Shown: positions 1-9,513 of the stretch, one piece after another | Position numbering within the stretch: position 1 is the first letter of the stretch | How the letters are laid out: the number at the start of each line of letters is the position of its first letter | From: Deltaproteobacteria bacterium | Lineage (GTDB): Bacteria; Desulfobacterota; Syntrophia; Syntrophales; UBA5619 | Reading direction: 5' to 3' | Length of the DNA stretch: 64,000 nt | Assembly: GCA_016935075.1 (NCBI GenBank) | Contig: JAFGRP010000167.1 | Location: forward strand, 6,170-70,169 | Notes under the pieces: generated by a model | What the model was told of the DNA's origin: nothing | Seen by the model: the letters and a program-made list of their open reading frames with translations, nothing else | Databases searched by the model: none | Made by a program: the position numbers and the translations under genes

Positions 1-503
<503 letters not shown>

Positions 504-507
504 AGCC

Positions 508-1065
508 ATGAAGGAATTGATTTTTGAGGAACTGCGGGAGAGCATGGAAAAGGCAATCCAGGCGCTCGAAAAGTCCTTCAGCAAGGTCAGAACGGGAAGG
601 GCTTCCCTGGCCCTTCTGGATGGCATTCGCGTGGAATACTATGGAACGCCCACACCTTTAAACCAGTTGGCTTCCCTCGCGGTTCCCGAGAGCCGGCTGA
701 TTGTTATCTCTCCCTGGGACAGTTCCGTTCTCGGTGCTATCGAAAAGGCGATCCAGAAATCAGACTTGGGACTGATGCCCAGCAACGACGGCAAATTGAT
801 CCGTCTTTCGATTCCGATTCTGACCGAGGAGAAACGCAAAGAACTTGTGAAGGTCGTTCGCAAGATGGCGGAAGAGGGCAAGATCAAACAGCGCAACGCA
901 CGGAGGGATGCCAATGAGCAAATCAAGGCATTAAAGAAGGAGAATGAGATATCGGAGGACGAACTCTACAACCTCCAGGATGAGGTGCAAAAGCTGACTG
1001 ACCGGTACATTGAGAAAACCGAAGCGGTTCTTACATTAAAAGAGAAGGAGATCATGGAGATCTGA
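508..1065 (+). CDS. frr: ribosome recycling factor
   Basis: RRF-like sequence throughout ([36 protein letters not shown]). ATG at 508 is preceded by GGAGG at 495-499. The longer TTG start at 490 overlaps pyrH and is less likely. Confidence 0.93.
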   Translation: MKELIFEELRESMEKAIQALEKSFSKVRTGRASLALLDGIRVEYYGTPTPLNQLASLAVPESRLIVISPWDSSVLGAIEKAIQKSDLGLMPSNDGKLIRLSIPILTEEKRKELVKVVRKMAEEGKIKQRNARRDANEQIKALKKENEISEDELYNLQDEVQKLTDRYIEKTEAVLTLKEKEIMEI

Positions 1066-1090
1066 AATATCGTCTGATCCGGTTTTTCAC

Positions 1091-1119
1091 GGGGAGCCCG
1101 CGGGCTCCCCGTTTTATTT
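1091..1119 (+). terminator. rho-independent terminator after frr
   Basis: Perfect inverted repeat GGGGAGCCCG/CGGGCTCCCC (1091-1110) followed directly by GTTTTATTT. Confidence 0.75.
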
Positions 1120-1198
1120 GAATCTGTCTTGAAAAATCGCCGTTGATGTGTTAGTCGCTGATTCAAAAGGGTACATTGCCACCGACTGAAATGGACTT

Positions 1199-1936
1199 AT
1201 GAAAGAAACAAACACGGAAAAGCTTCCCAAGCATATCGCAATTATTATGGACGGCAACGGAAGATGGGCCGAGAGCCATACCATGGGCAGAATCCTGGGA
1301 CACCGGAAGGGGGCTGAATCGGTCCGGATTATCACGAAGACCTGCCGTCGGATCGGGATTCGCTTCCTCACCCTCTATGCCTTTTCCGTCGAAAACTGGC
1401 TTCGTCCGAAAGCGGAGGTCCGCGCCCTTATGAACCTCCTTCTGGAATATCTGGAAAATGAGACCCGGGAAATGATGGACCAGGACATACGTCTTACCGC
1501 CATCGGCGACCTGGATTCGCTCGATGCCCATATCCGCAGTAAACTTTACGAAATAATGGAGAAAACATCCGAAAATCAAGGGATGCTCCTGAATCTTGCA
1601 CTCAGTTATGGCGGGCGCGACGAGATCGCGGCAGCCGCAAAACGTATGGTCGAAGATGCCGTGGCCGGAAAGATCGCGCCGGCGGATGTTACACGGGAAC
1701 TCTTTTCAAAATATCTTTACACGACCGCGATTCCCGATCCGGACCTCCTGATACGAACCGGCGGGGAATATCGGGTCAGCAATTTTCTTCTCTACCAGAT
1801 GGCCTATACTGAATTCTACTTTACGGACCTGCTCTGGCCCGATTTTGGCGAGACCGATCTTCTCACTGCGATTGACGAATATCAGCGGCGGGAACGGAGG
1901 TTCGGAATGACCAGCGAGCAGATCGGCGGCAGGTAA
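1199..1936 (+). CDS. uppS: undecaprenyl diphosphate synthase (cis-prenyltransferase)
   Basis: Motifs HIAIIMDGNGRWA and RTGGEYRVSNFLLYQMAYTEFYF. Confidence 0.93.
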   Translation: MKETNTEKLPKHIAIIMDGNGRWAESHTMGRILGHRKGAESVRIITKTCRRIGIRFLTLYAFSVENWLRPKAEVRALMNLLLEYLENETREMMDQDIRLTAIGDLDSLDAHIRSKLYEIMEKTSENQGMLLNLALSYGGRDEIAAAAKRMVEDAVAGKIAPADVTRELFSKYLYTTAIPDPDLLIRTGGEYRVSNFLLYQMAYTEFYFTDLLWPDFGETDLLTAIDEYQRRERRFGMTSEQIGGR

Positions 1937-2025
1937 GGGGAATACCAGGGAGGGTCGAGGGAATCGGTACCGCGGACTCAGTGATACAACGGTGTGGACT
2001 GCAGCCGCTCACGGGGAGGTGAAAA

Positions 2026-2832
2026 ATGACGCCCCATATGAAGAGATGGATCACCGGCATCATCGCCATACCGATACTGTTCGGAATCATCGCCTACAGC
2101 GGGAAAGAAGCCTTCGCAATTCTGATCATTGTCGCATCTCTTACGGGTATGCAGGAGTATAACCGGATGGCCTTCGGCCGGGGTTTTTCAATCGAAAAGA
2201 TGGAGACCTTGATCATCGCCCTGCTCATCCTCCTGGCCTCCTGCAGCGCAAAAGCGCCTCTGGTATTGGCTGTACTGACCTTCGCAGTTATGACGATTCT
2301 GATCCTTAACCTTCTTCGGATACGAAAACAGGGGTTGGATATGTCGCATGCCGGTCGGGTGATCCTGGGTATTCTCTATATCCCCCTCCTGATGGCCCAT
2401 TTCATCCTGATCCGCCAGACGCAGTCGGGCGTCCTGTGGATATTCTTCATCTTGGTTATGGCCTTTGCCGGGGATACCGCCGCATACTATATCGGACGGC
2501 GGCTGGGAAAACGAAAGCTTCTCGCTGAGATAAGCCCGGGGAAGACCGTCGAAGGGACGATCGGTCTTGTCGCAGGAAGCATTGCGGGTTGTATTGTCTT
2601 CAAACTGTTTTTTTTCCCGATGCTTACCGTTGCGCATGCCGCTGTTCTGGGGCTGGTGGGCAGCGTTACAGGACAGCTTGGGGATCTATCCGAATCGGCT
2701 CTGAAAAGGGCGGCAGGGGTGAAGGATTCCGGAACGCTGCTGCCCGGTCACGGGGGGATTCTCGACCGGCTGGACTGCCTTATGTTCATCACGCCTATCG
2801 TTTATTATTATCAGGAATTCTTGATTCGATGA
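2026..2832 (+). CDS. cdsA: phosphatidate cytidylyltransferase (CDP-diglyceride synthase)
   Basis: Multi-pass membrane protein with the CTP-transferase signature SESALKRAAGVKDSGTLLPGHGGILDRLD. Confidence 0.9.
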   Translation: MTPHMKRWITGIIAIPILFGIIAYSGKEAFAILIIVASLTGMQEYNRMAFGRGFSIEKMETLIIALLILLASCSAKAPLVLAVLTFAVMTILILNLLRIRKQGLDMSHAGRVILGILYIPLLMAHFILIRQTQSGVLWIFFILVMAFAGDTAAYYIGRRLGKRKLLAEISPGKTVEGTIGLVAGSIAGCIVFKLFFFPMLTVAHAAVLGLVGSVTGQLGDLSESALKRAAGVKDSGTLLPGHGGILDRLDCLMFITPIVYYYQEFLIR

Positions 2833-3992
2833 AACGAATTTCCGTACTCGGCTCCACCGGTTCAATCGGGGTCAGCACACTGGATGTCATCCGCGCCCAT
2901 CGGGATCAATTCGTCGTCACGGCGCTCACGGCAGGCCGCAACATCAACCTCATGAAGCAACAAATCGAACAGTTCCAGCCGCGATTGGCGGCAGTCGTCG
3001 ATGAGGCACATGCCAGCAAGCTTCGCAGGCTTCTGGGTCCTGCAACGACAACGGATATCCTTTACGGACCGGATGGCTATCGGGAGACGGTCGCATCAGC
3101 GGATGTCGATATGGTCGTATCCGCCATTGCCGGCGCAGCCGGATTGATTCCGACGCTGAACGCAATTGAAGCAGGAAAGGATATCGCGCTGGCGAACAAG
3201 GAGACGCTCGTGATGGCGGGAGATCTCGTTCTTCGCAAGGCGGCCGAAATGGGGGTGAAAGTCATCCCCGTTGACAGTGAACACAGCGCTATCTTCCAGT
3301 GTCTGCAGGGTCACAGGAAGCAGGATGTCCGCCGGATCATCCTCACGGCCTCCGGCGGACCCTTTCTCCATGCCTCCGAGGAAGAACGATCAAGGGTTAC
3401 ACCCGCACAGGCCCTTCGGCACCCGACTTGGTCGATGGGAAAGAAAATCACGATCGATTCGGCTACGATGATGAACAAGGGTCTGGAAGTAATTGAAGCC
3501 GGGTGGTTGTTCGGACTTCCCGGAAGGGCGATCGATGTTCTCATCCATCCCCAGAGCATTGTCCACTCCCTGGTGGAGTACCGGGACGGGAGCGTGATCG
3601 CCCAAATGGGAATGCCGGATATGAAGATTCCCATTGCCTACGCCCTGTCTTATCCGAATCGCCTGGTCCGGGAAGAAAATACTCTCGATCTTAGAAAGGT
3701 CGGAAATCTTGCATTTCTCGACTGCGATCCGATTCGCTTTACCGCACTCCGGCTCGCTTATGCGGCGGCGAAAACCGGGGGGACAATGCCCGCTGTTCTC
3801 AACGGGGCGAATGAAATGGCCGTGATGGCCTTTATTGAAGAAAAGATACGATTTGACAGAATTGTTTCTGTAGTGGATGAGGTCCTCTCCCGTCATCGCG
3901 TACAGGCGAATCCGTGTATCGACGCGATCCTTGAGGCGGACCGCTGGGCAAGGCAAGAGGCGGGAAAAATCATTGAGGGAATAAAAAATTGA
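2829..3992 (+). CDS. dxr: 1-deoxy-D-xylulose 5-phosphate reductoisomerase
   Basis: Homology begins at MKRISVLGSTGSIGVSTL (ATG 2829, ATGA overlap with the cdsA stop). Motifs LANKE and DSEHSAIFQC. The 80-aa extension from 2589 overlaps cdsA and is rejected. Confidence 0.93.
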   Translation: MKRISVLGSTGSIGVSTLDVIRAHRDQFVVTALTAGRNINLMKQQIEQFQPRLAAVVDEAHASKLRRLLGPATTTDILYGPDGYRETVASADVDMVVSAIAGAAGLIPTLNAIEAGKDIALANKETLVMAGDLVLRKAAEMGVKVIPVDSEHSAIFQCLQGHRKQDVRRIILTASGGPFLHASEEERSRVTPAQALRHPTWSMGKKITIDSATMMNKGLEVIEAGWLFGLPGRAIDVLIHPQSIVHSLVEYRDGSVIAQMGMPDMKIPIAYALSYPNRLVREENTLDLRKVGNLAFLDCDPIRFTALRLAYAAAKTGGTMPAVLNGANEMAVMAFIEEKIRFDRIVSVVDEVLSRHRVQANPCIDAILEADRWARQEAGKIIEGIKN

Positions 3993-5089
3993 TCGGAATC
4001 AGCATCGCATCAGTGGTTGTTTTATTGGGAGTCCTGATTTTCGTCCATGAGTTCGGTCATTTTTTAATGGCGAAGCGGGCGGGCGTCGGCGTTTTGAAGT
4101 TTTCACTGGGCTTCGGCCCGCGGATCATCGGCAAAAAAATAGGTGAAACGGAATACATCCTCTCGCTGATCCCTCTCGGCGGTTATGTAAAACTCCTGGG
4201 AGAATCCCCTGGGGAAGAATTGCCGGAGGAGGATCAAACAAGATCCTTTCTGAAACAAAAAGTCTGGAAAAGGATCTTCATCGTGGCAGCCGGACCGTTA
4301 TTCAATATCCTGCTGGCTCTTGCGATCTTCACCCTCGTCAACATGATCGGCCTTCCCGTCCTGACGACGGAAATCGGTTCTATACAGCCGGATTCCGCCG
4401 CGATCGAATCCGGAATAAAGATGGGGGATCGGATTACCGTTATCGACGGAAAGTCCTTAACAAAGTGGGATCAGATCTCTGAAATCGTTGCGAAATGCCA
4501 GGGAAGACCGCTCAGGGTTACGATTCTCCGGAACGCCGTCTCCTTGGATATCACGGTGAAGCCACGATCCATGAAAACCCGAAACATTTTTGGGGAAGAG
4601 ATTGAAGCTTACAGGATCGGCATCAGCCCGTCACCGAATACCGTCATCGAAAGGCATAACCCCCTTTCGGCTTTCGGCGAAGGCATCCGCCAAACATGGG
4701 TTATCAGCAAACTGACCGTAATCAGCATCTACAAGCTTTTTCAAGGAGTCATATCCCCCAAGACGCTGGGCGGTCCGATTCTCATCGCCCAGATTGCCGG
4801 GGCACAGGCGAAGGAGGGAATCGTCCATTTCCTTTTGTTCATGGCCCTGCTCAGCATCAATCTGGCGATCCTGAACCTCCTGCCGATTCCAGTCCTGGAC
4901 GGTGGTCATCTGTTATTCTACGGAATTGAAATGGCGACGGGCCGCGAAATCAATCTCCGCTGGCGGGAAATGGCCCAGCAGGTAGGTTTTTTCCTTCTGA
5001 TTTTACTGATGATTTTCGTCTTCATGATCGATATCGAAAGGCTGAATTTGAAGTTTATTAACGATTTCATCCGAACATTTACGGGATAG
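3989..5089 (+). CDS. rseP: RIP (site-2) zinc metalloprotease, single PDZ domain
   Basis: HEFGHFLMAK zinc motif, central PDZ-like segment, C-terminal NLLPIPVLDGGH motif. TTG start overlaps the dxr stop. Confidence 0.9.
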   Translation: MIGISIASVVVLLGVLIFVHEFGHFLMAKRAGVGVLKFSLGFGPRIIGKKIGETEYILSLIPLGGYVKLLGESPGEELPEEDQTRSFLKQKVWKRIFIVAAGPLFNILLALAIFTLVNMIGLPVLTTEIGSIQPDSAAIESGIKMGDRITVIDGKSLTKWDQISEIVAKCQGRPLRVTILRNAVSLDITVKPRSMKTRNIFGEEIEAYRIGISPSPNTVIERHNPLSAFGEGIRQTWVISKLTVISIYKLFQGVISPKTLGGPILIAQIAGAQAKEGIVHFLLFMALLSINLAILNLLPIPVLDGGHLLFYGIEMATGREINLRWREMAQQVGFFLLILLMIFVFMIDIERLNLKFINDFIRTFTG

Positions 5090-5091
5090 CC

Positions 5092-5802
5092 ATGATTACC
5101 CTGGCGATGGAATGCGCAACGGATACCTTGGGACTGTCGCTCCTGGAGGGGAAGGAGATCCTGACCGATTTTTATCTGGGTGCAGGAAGACACCATGCGG
5201 AGGTTCTGCTGCCCGCCCTGGAACAGCTCCTCTTTTTGACGGGAATCACCATGGGGCAGATCGATCTTCTGGCCTGCACAACCGGGCCCGGTTCGTTTAC
5301 AGGAGTAAGAATCGCAGTGAGCACCGTGAAAGGCCTCGCCCTTGCTACGGGAAAACCCATCGTTGGAATTTCGACGCTGGAAGCTCTGGCCATGAATGCT
5401 TTTCCCTCCCCGGGGCTGACCTGTCCGCTGCTCGACGCCCGCAGGGAACAGGTCTATGCAGGATTGTACCGGATGGATCCGGATGGTTTTCCAGAAATCG
5501 TGACACCGGATCGACTGACCGATATCGCGCAATTAATACGGGATCTTCCGGCAGACAAAATCGATTTTATTGGAGGCGGGGCGCTGCGTTATCGGAATCG
5601 TCTCCTTGAATCCCGGCCCGGATGTTGTGACCCGGCCGGAAGCAGGAAACACAGACTCCATGCATCGGCCGTAGGCCTGATCGCCGTTCACCGGTATTGT
5701 CAGGGACAAGGTGAAGATCCGCTGACTTTTTCTCCGAATTATTTTCGCCCGTCCGACGCGGAGGCCGGGAAACCTATCCGGGTTGAAGAGGCACATCATT
5801 GA
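5092..5802 (+). CDS. tsaB: tRNA t6A37 threonylcarbamoyl transfer protein TsaB (YeaZ)
   Basis: YeaZ-like N-terminus (LAMECATDTLGLSLL), GPGSFTGVRI motif. tsaD is also present in the window. Confidence 0.85.
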   Translation: MITLAMECATDTLGLSLLEGKEILTDFYLGAGRHHAEVLLPALEQLLFLTGITMGQIDLLACTTGPGSFTGVRIAVSTVKGLALATGKPIVGISTLEALAMNAFPSPGLTCPLLDARREQVYAGLYRMDPDGFPEIVTPDRLTDIAQLIRDLPADKIDFIGGGALRYRNRLLESRPGCCDPAGSRKHRLHASAVGLIAVHRYCQGQGEDPLTFSPNYFRPSDAEAGKPIRVEEAHH

Positions 5803-5815
5803 CATGAGACAAAGG

Positions 5816-5844
5816 TTGACATCTTGATCGAATTACGGTAAGTT
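5816..5844 (+). promoter_or_regulatory. sigma70-like promoter candidate for psd-pssA
   Basis: TTGACA (5816-5821), 17-nt spacer, TAAGTT (5839-5844). ATG of psd lies only 9 nt after the -10 and no Shine-Dalgarno is visible. Confidence 0.35.
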
Positions 5845-5853
5845 ATAAAAGTT

Positions 5854-6501
5854 ATGAATCATAACGGTTTCATTATGGGTGAGGGTTTCCCCTTTATTAT
5901 TGCACTGTGCGGAGCGACTATCCTGGCTTTTGCAGCCGGGCTCAAGGTGGTTTTGTGTGTTTTTTTGATCGTCACTCTTTTTGTGATCTGGTTCTTCCGC
6001 AATCCGCAGAGATATCCGCCGGCATCGGAAAAGGAGGGCCTGATCATTTCCCCTGCGGACGGCAGGGTGATCCGGATTGAAGAGACGACCAGCGATGAGA
6101 AACCCGGCCAAACTTTTCTGAAGATCAGCATCTTTATGAATATTTTCGATGTTCATGTCAACCGGATCCCCTGTGCCGGCGAGGTCCGATCCATCCGTTA
6201 CCGGGAGGGGAAATTTCTGTCGGCCAACCTGGACAAGGCCTCGGAGTTTAACGAAAGAAACACCATCCTGCTGCAAACGGCAGACGGACGCGAGATCATA
6301 ACCGTCCAGATCGCCGGACTGATTGCGAGGAGGATCGTCTGTTGGCTGAAGGAGGGTATGCAGGTGTCAAGAGGGGAACGATTCGGTATGATTCGTTTCG
6401 GTTCACGGCTTGAGGTGTTTCTGCCGCTCGGTTCCACCCTTCTCGTCAAGGTTGGAGAAAAGGTGCGGGCAGGCGAGACGCCCATTGGAGAACTGACATG
6501 A
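5854..6501 (+). CDS. psd: phosphatidylserine decarboxylase proenzyme (short, membrane-anchored type)
   Basis: N-terminal TM helices, FGSRLEV self-cleavage-type G-S motif near the C-terminus. Overlaps downstream pssA by 4 nt. Confidence 0.88.
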   Translation: MNHNGFIMGEGFPFIIALCGATILAFAAGLKVVLCVFLIVTLFVIWFFRNPQRYPPASEKEGLIISPADGRVIRIEETTSDEKPGQTFLKISIFMNIFDVHVNRIPCAGEVRSIRYREGKFLSANLDKASEFNERNTILLQTADGREIITVQIAGLIARRIVCWLKEGMQVSRGERFGMIRFGSRLEVFLPLGSTLLVKVGEKVRAGETPIGELT

Positions 6502-7280
6502 AAAACAATGCGACATTCAGGCGCGACCGGATGAAAAAAGGAGTCTATGTCCTTCCGAATCTCATTACCACGGCCAACCTTTTCTGCGGTTTCTACTCCG
6601 TGATCGCCTCCATGAAAGGGGCTTACGAGATTGCAGCGGTGACGATCCTGATCGCGGTGGTTCTGGATAGCCTGGACGGCCGAATTGCCCGGATCACCCA
6701 TACAACAAGCAAATTCGGTGCGGAGTACGATTCCCTCTGCGATCTGGTGACATTCGGGGTGGCACCGGCGATCTTGGTGTACAACTGGTCGTTGTTTTCT
6801 TACGGGAAATGGGGGTGGCTCGGTGCTTTTCTGTTCGTCGTCTGCGGGGCCCTTCGCCTGGCCCGGTTCAATGTTCAGATCGGCGTGATCGACAGCCGCG
6901 TCTTCAATGGCTTGCCTATACCGGGAGGCGCCGCGGTTGTGGCCACGGGTGTGCTTCTGTTTTATTACCTTGGAGGAGAGGGTAATTTCACCGATCCTTC
7001 GATCATGATCGGCGTAGTTGCCATTGCGTCCTTCATGGTCAGCAGCATCAAGTATTACAGTTTTAAAGACCTCCACTATTTCTCGCGCAAGCCATTCATG
7101 TCCTTCGTCCTGATTGTCATGATTTTGGTGATCGTTGTAGCAGAACCGCAGATTATGCTTTTCACTTTTGCTTTCGGATACAGTCTTTCGGGACCGGTAT
7201 GGACCCTTTGCCGGATCTACAGAAAAATGTTGACGGAATTCAAGGCAAGAAAGTCGCAATGTCAGGATCATCCGTTATAA
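6498..7280 (+). CDS. pssA: CDP-diacylglycerol--serine O-phosphatidyltransferase
   Basis: CDP-alcohol phosphatidyltransferase motif DSLDGRIAR...GAEYDSLCD. Polytopic membrane protein. Confidence 0.9.
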   Translation: MKNNATFRRDRMKKGVYVLPNLITTANLFCGFYSVIASMKGAYEIAAVTILIAVVLDSLDGRIARITHTTSKFGAEYDSLCDLVTFGVAPAILVYNWSLFSYGKWGWLGAFLFVVCGALRLARFNVQIGVIDSRVFNGLPIPGGAAVVATGVLLFYYLGGEGNFTDPSIMIGVVAIASFMVSSIKYYSFKDLHYFSRKPFMSFVLIVMILVIVVAEPQIMLFTFAFGYSLSGPVWTLCRIYRKMLTEFKARKSQCQDHPL

Positions 7281-7406
7281 AACGCATCACAGCCTGAGGA
7301 AAGAACCGGGGCATCTCAGACTGAAGGCAGACGGGCTACCGGATCACCCCAGCCTTCATTCAATAGTCCAGAATTGTTATTAATTTATATTCGTAAGGGG
7401 TTTTTT

Positions 7407-8423
7407 ATGAAAAGTTACAATGTTGCCGTTGTGGGTGCCACGGGGGCCGTGGGCAATGAGATGATCCGGGTCCTGGAGGAGCGTCAATTTCCGGTTGGAA
7501 AGCTGACCCTCCTTGCATCGGAAAGATCGATCGGAAAGGAGCTCACTTTCCGTGGAAAGGCGCTACAAGTAGAGCTTTTAACCGATAATTCATTCCGGGG
7601 AATCGAAATCGGGCTCTTCTCCGCGGGGGGAAGCATCAGTGAAAAATTTGCCCCCATCGCGGCCGGCGCCGGTTGTGTCGTCATTGACAACACGAGCGCC
7701 TTTCGCATGGTTCCGGAAATTCCTCTGGTTGTTCCGGAGGTGAATCCCGAGGCCGTTGCCCTGTACAAAAACCGGGGAATCATCGCAAATCCGAATTGTT
7801 CCACAATTCAGATGGTCGTTGCCCTGAAACCGATCCATGACGCGGTGCGGATAAAGAGAATTGTGGTTTCGACGTATCAGGCCGTGTCCGGAACGGGGAA
7901 AAAGGCTATTGAAGAGCTTTCTCTCCAGACTCAGGACCTCATGAACTGCCGGGAACCGGTCGCTAAGGTTTATCCACACCGGATTGCATTCAACTGTCTT
8001 CCCCATATCGATCTCTTCCTTGACAATGGTTATACAAAGGAGGAGATGAAGATGGTTAACGAGACTCAAAAGATCATGAATGATCCTTCGATTGCGGTCA
8101 CGGCGACAACGGTCCGGGTACCGGTTTTCTATGCGCACTCCGAATCCATAAACATCGAAACAGAGAAGAAAATTACTCCGGATGGGGTCCGGAGGCTTCT
8201 TTCAACGGCACCAGGCGTTCGGGTGGTTGACAATCCGCGGGAAAAGCAATATCCGCTTGCGATTGATGCCGCGGGTCATGATGAGACACTGGTCGGAAGA
8301 ATCCGGGAAGACGAATCCATTCCGAACGGTATCAACATGTGGGTCGTGGCGGACAATATCCGGAAGGGCGCCGCGCTCAATGCCGTTCAGATCGCCGAGA
8401 TCCTGATCCGTAAATATCTATGA
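7407..8423 (+). CDS. asd: aspartate-semialdehyde dehydrogenase
   Basis: VAVVGATGAVG Rossmann motif, NPNCSTIQM active-site Cys. ATG 7407 is preceded by AAGGGG. The 11 codons upstream from 7374 are not needed. Confidence 0.93.
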   Translation: MKSYNVAVVGATGAVGNEMIRVLEERQFPVGKLTLLASERSIGKELTFRGKALQVELLTDNSFRGIEIGLFSAGGSISEKFAPIAAGAGCVVIDNTSAFRMVPEIPLVVPEVNPEAVALYKNRGIIANPNCSTIQMVVALKPIHDAVRIKRIVVSTYQAVSGTGKKAIEELSLQTQDLMNCREPVAKVYPHRIAFNCLPHIDLFLDNGYTKEEMKMVNETQKIMNDPSIAVTATTVRVPVFYAHSESINIETEKKITPDGVRRLLSTAPGVRVVDNPREKQYPLAIDAAGHDETLVGRIREDESIPNGINMWVVADNIRKGAALNAVQIAEILIRKYL

Positions 8424-8989
8424 AGATCATCGGGGGAGATGCCAGGGGAAGACCGATCCGACTTCCAGGGAAATGCCGGATCCGGCCTACCGCCGATCGG
8501 GTCAAAAAATCCCTTTTTGATATTCTTCATCCCGTCACGGAGAAATCGTTCCTCGATCTGTTCGCCGGCAGCGGAAATGTCGGACTGGAGGCCTTGAGCC
8601 GGGGGGCTCGTTTTTCGATCTTTGTTGAGAAGGATCTCCATCTGGTCAAGGCGATCGGGGTTTGCCTCTCTCAGCTCGGATTCAGTGAGCGGGCGGAGGT
8701 GATTGCCCTGGACGCGCGCAGAGGGCTGGAATACCTCGTTCAAAGGGGAATTCTGTTCGATATCATTTTTGCCGATCCGCCGTATGATCAGGATTCGGTC
8801 CGTCAAACTCTCCAATGGCTTGGGAAAGGAAATCTCCTGACAGAGAACGGCATCGTTGTGATCCAGCATTCGGTCAGGGAAAAATTGGAAGGATCACGGG
8901 TACAGAGGTTGGTTATAGCGGATCATAGACGGTACGGTGATACGATGTTGTCCTTCCTGCATAAAAAAGATCAAGGGAAAGCCTCATGA
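8420..8989 (+). CDS. rsmD: 16S rRNA (guanine966-N2)-methyltransferase
   Basis: RsmD-like sequence with the FADPPY motif. 4-nt overlaps with asd and coaD. Confidence 0.85.
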   Translation: MKIIGGDARGRPIRLPGKCRIRPTADRVKKSLFDILHPVTEKSFLDLFAGSGNVGLEALSRGARFSIFVEKDLHLVKAIGVCLSQLGFSERAEVIALDARRGLEYLVQRGILFDIIFADPPYDQDSVRQTLQWLGKGNLLTENGIVVIQHSVREKLEGSRVQRLVIADHRRYGDTMLSFLHKKDQGKAS

Positions 8990-9480
8990 AAAAGATAGCG
9001 GTATATCCGGGTTCATTCGATCCGATCACCAACGGTCACGTGGATATTATCAAAAGGGGCATACGGATGTTTGATGAACTCATCGTTTTAATTGCCCACA
9101 ATCCGAACAAGAAGGCGCTTTTTACCGTGGACGAAAGGTTGGAAATGATTCGTGAGGTGATCCGGGCCTGCGAGAATGTCCGCGTCGACAGCTTCGACGG
9201 ACTCCTGGTGGAGTATGTGAAAAGGACTGGGGCAAACGTGATTCTCCGGGGGTTGCGCGCCCTTTCCGATTTCGAATACGAGTTTCAGCTTGCCCTCATC
9301 AACCGCCGTTTAAACCGGGATGTCGAAACCGTATTTCTCATGTCCGGTTTCAAATGGTTTTATACGAGCTCGAAAATCATCAATGAGGCGGCAAGCCTGG
9401 GGGGATCGGTGAAGGGGCTGGTGCCGGAGATCGTTAATCTGAAACTGCTGCAGAAATATTCACGCGACGGCGGCAAATGA
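8986..9480 (+). CDS. coaD: phosphopantetheine adenylyltransferase
   Basis: YPGSFDPITNGHVDII (T/HxGH nucleotidyltransferase motif). 164 aa, typical length. Confidence 0.93.
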   Translation: MKKIAVYPGSFDPITNGHVDIIKRGIRMFDELIVLIAHNPNKKALFTVDERLEMIREVIRACENVRVDSFDGLLVEYVKRTGANVILRGLRALSDFEYEFQLALINRRLNRDVETVFLMSGFKWFYTSSKIINEAASLGGSVKGLVPEIVNLKLLQKYSRDGGK

Positions 9481-9513
9481 ATCGAGATTCCTTTCAGGAA
9501 GGGTAGAAGAATT

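Noticed and set aside
2589-2828. N-terminal extensions of the longest ORFs for dxr (2589), proS (11923), rph (16792), panC (37319), panD (38227), arnA decarboxylase (48910), lptG (42218), ACD (25100) and others.
   Set aside because: Family homology begins at an internal Met that has an RBS or a 4-nt coupling overlap. The extensions overlap the upstream gene or, for ACD, a promoter.
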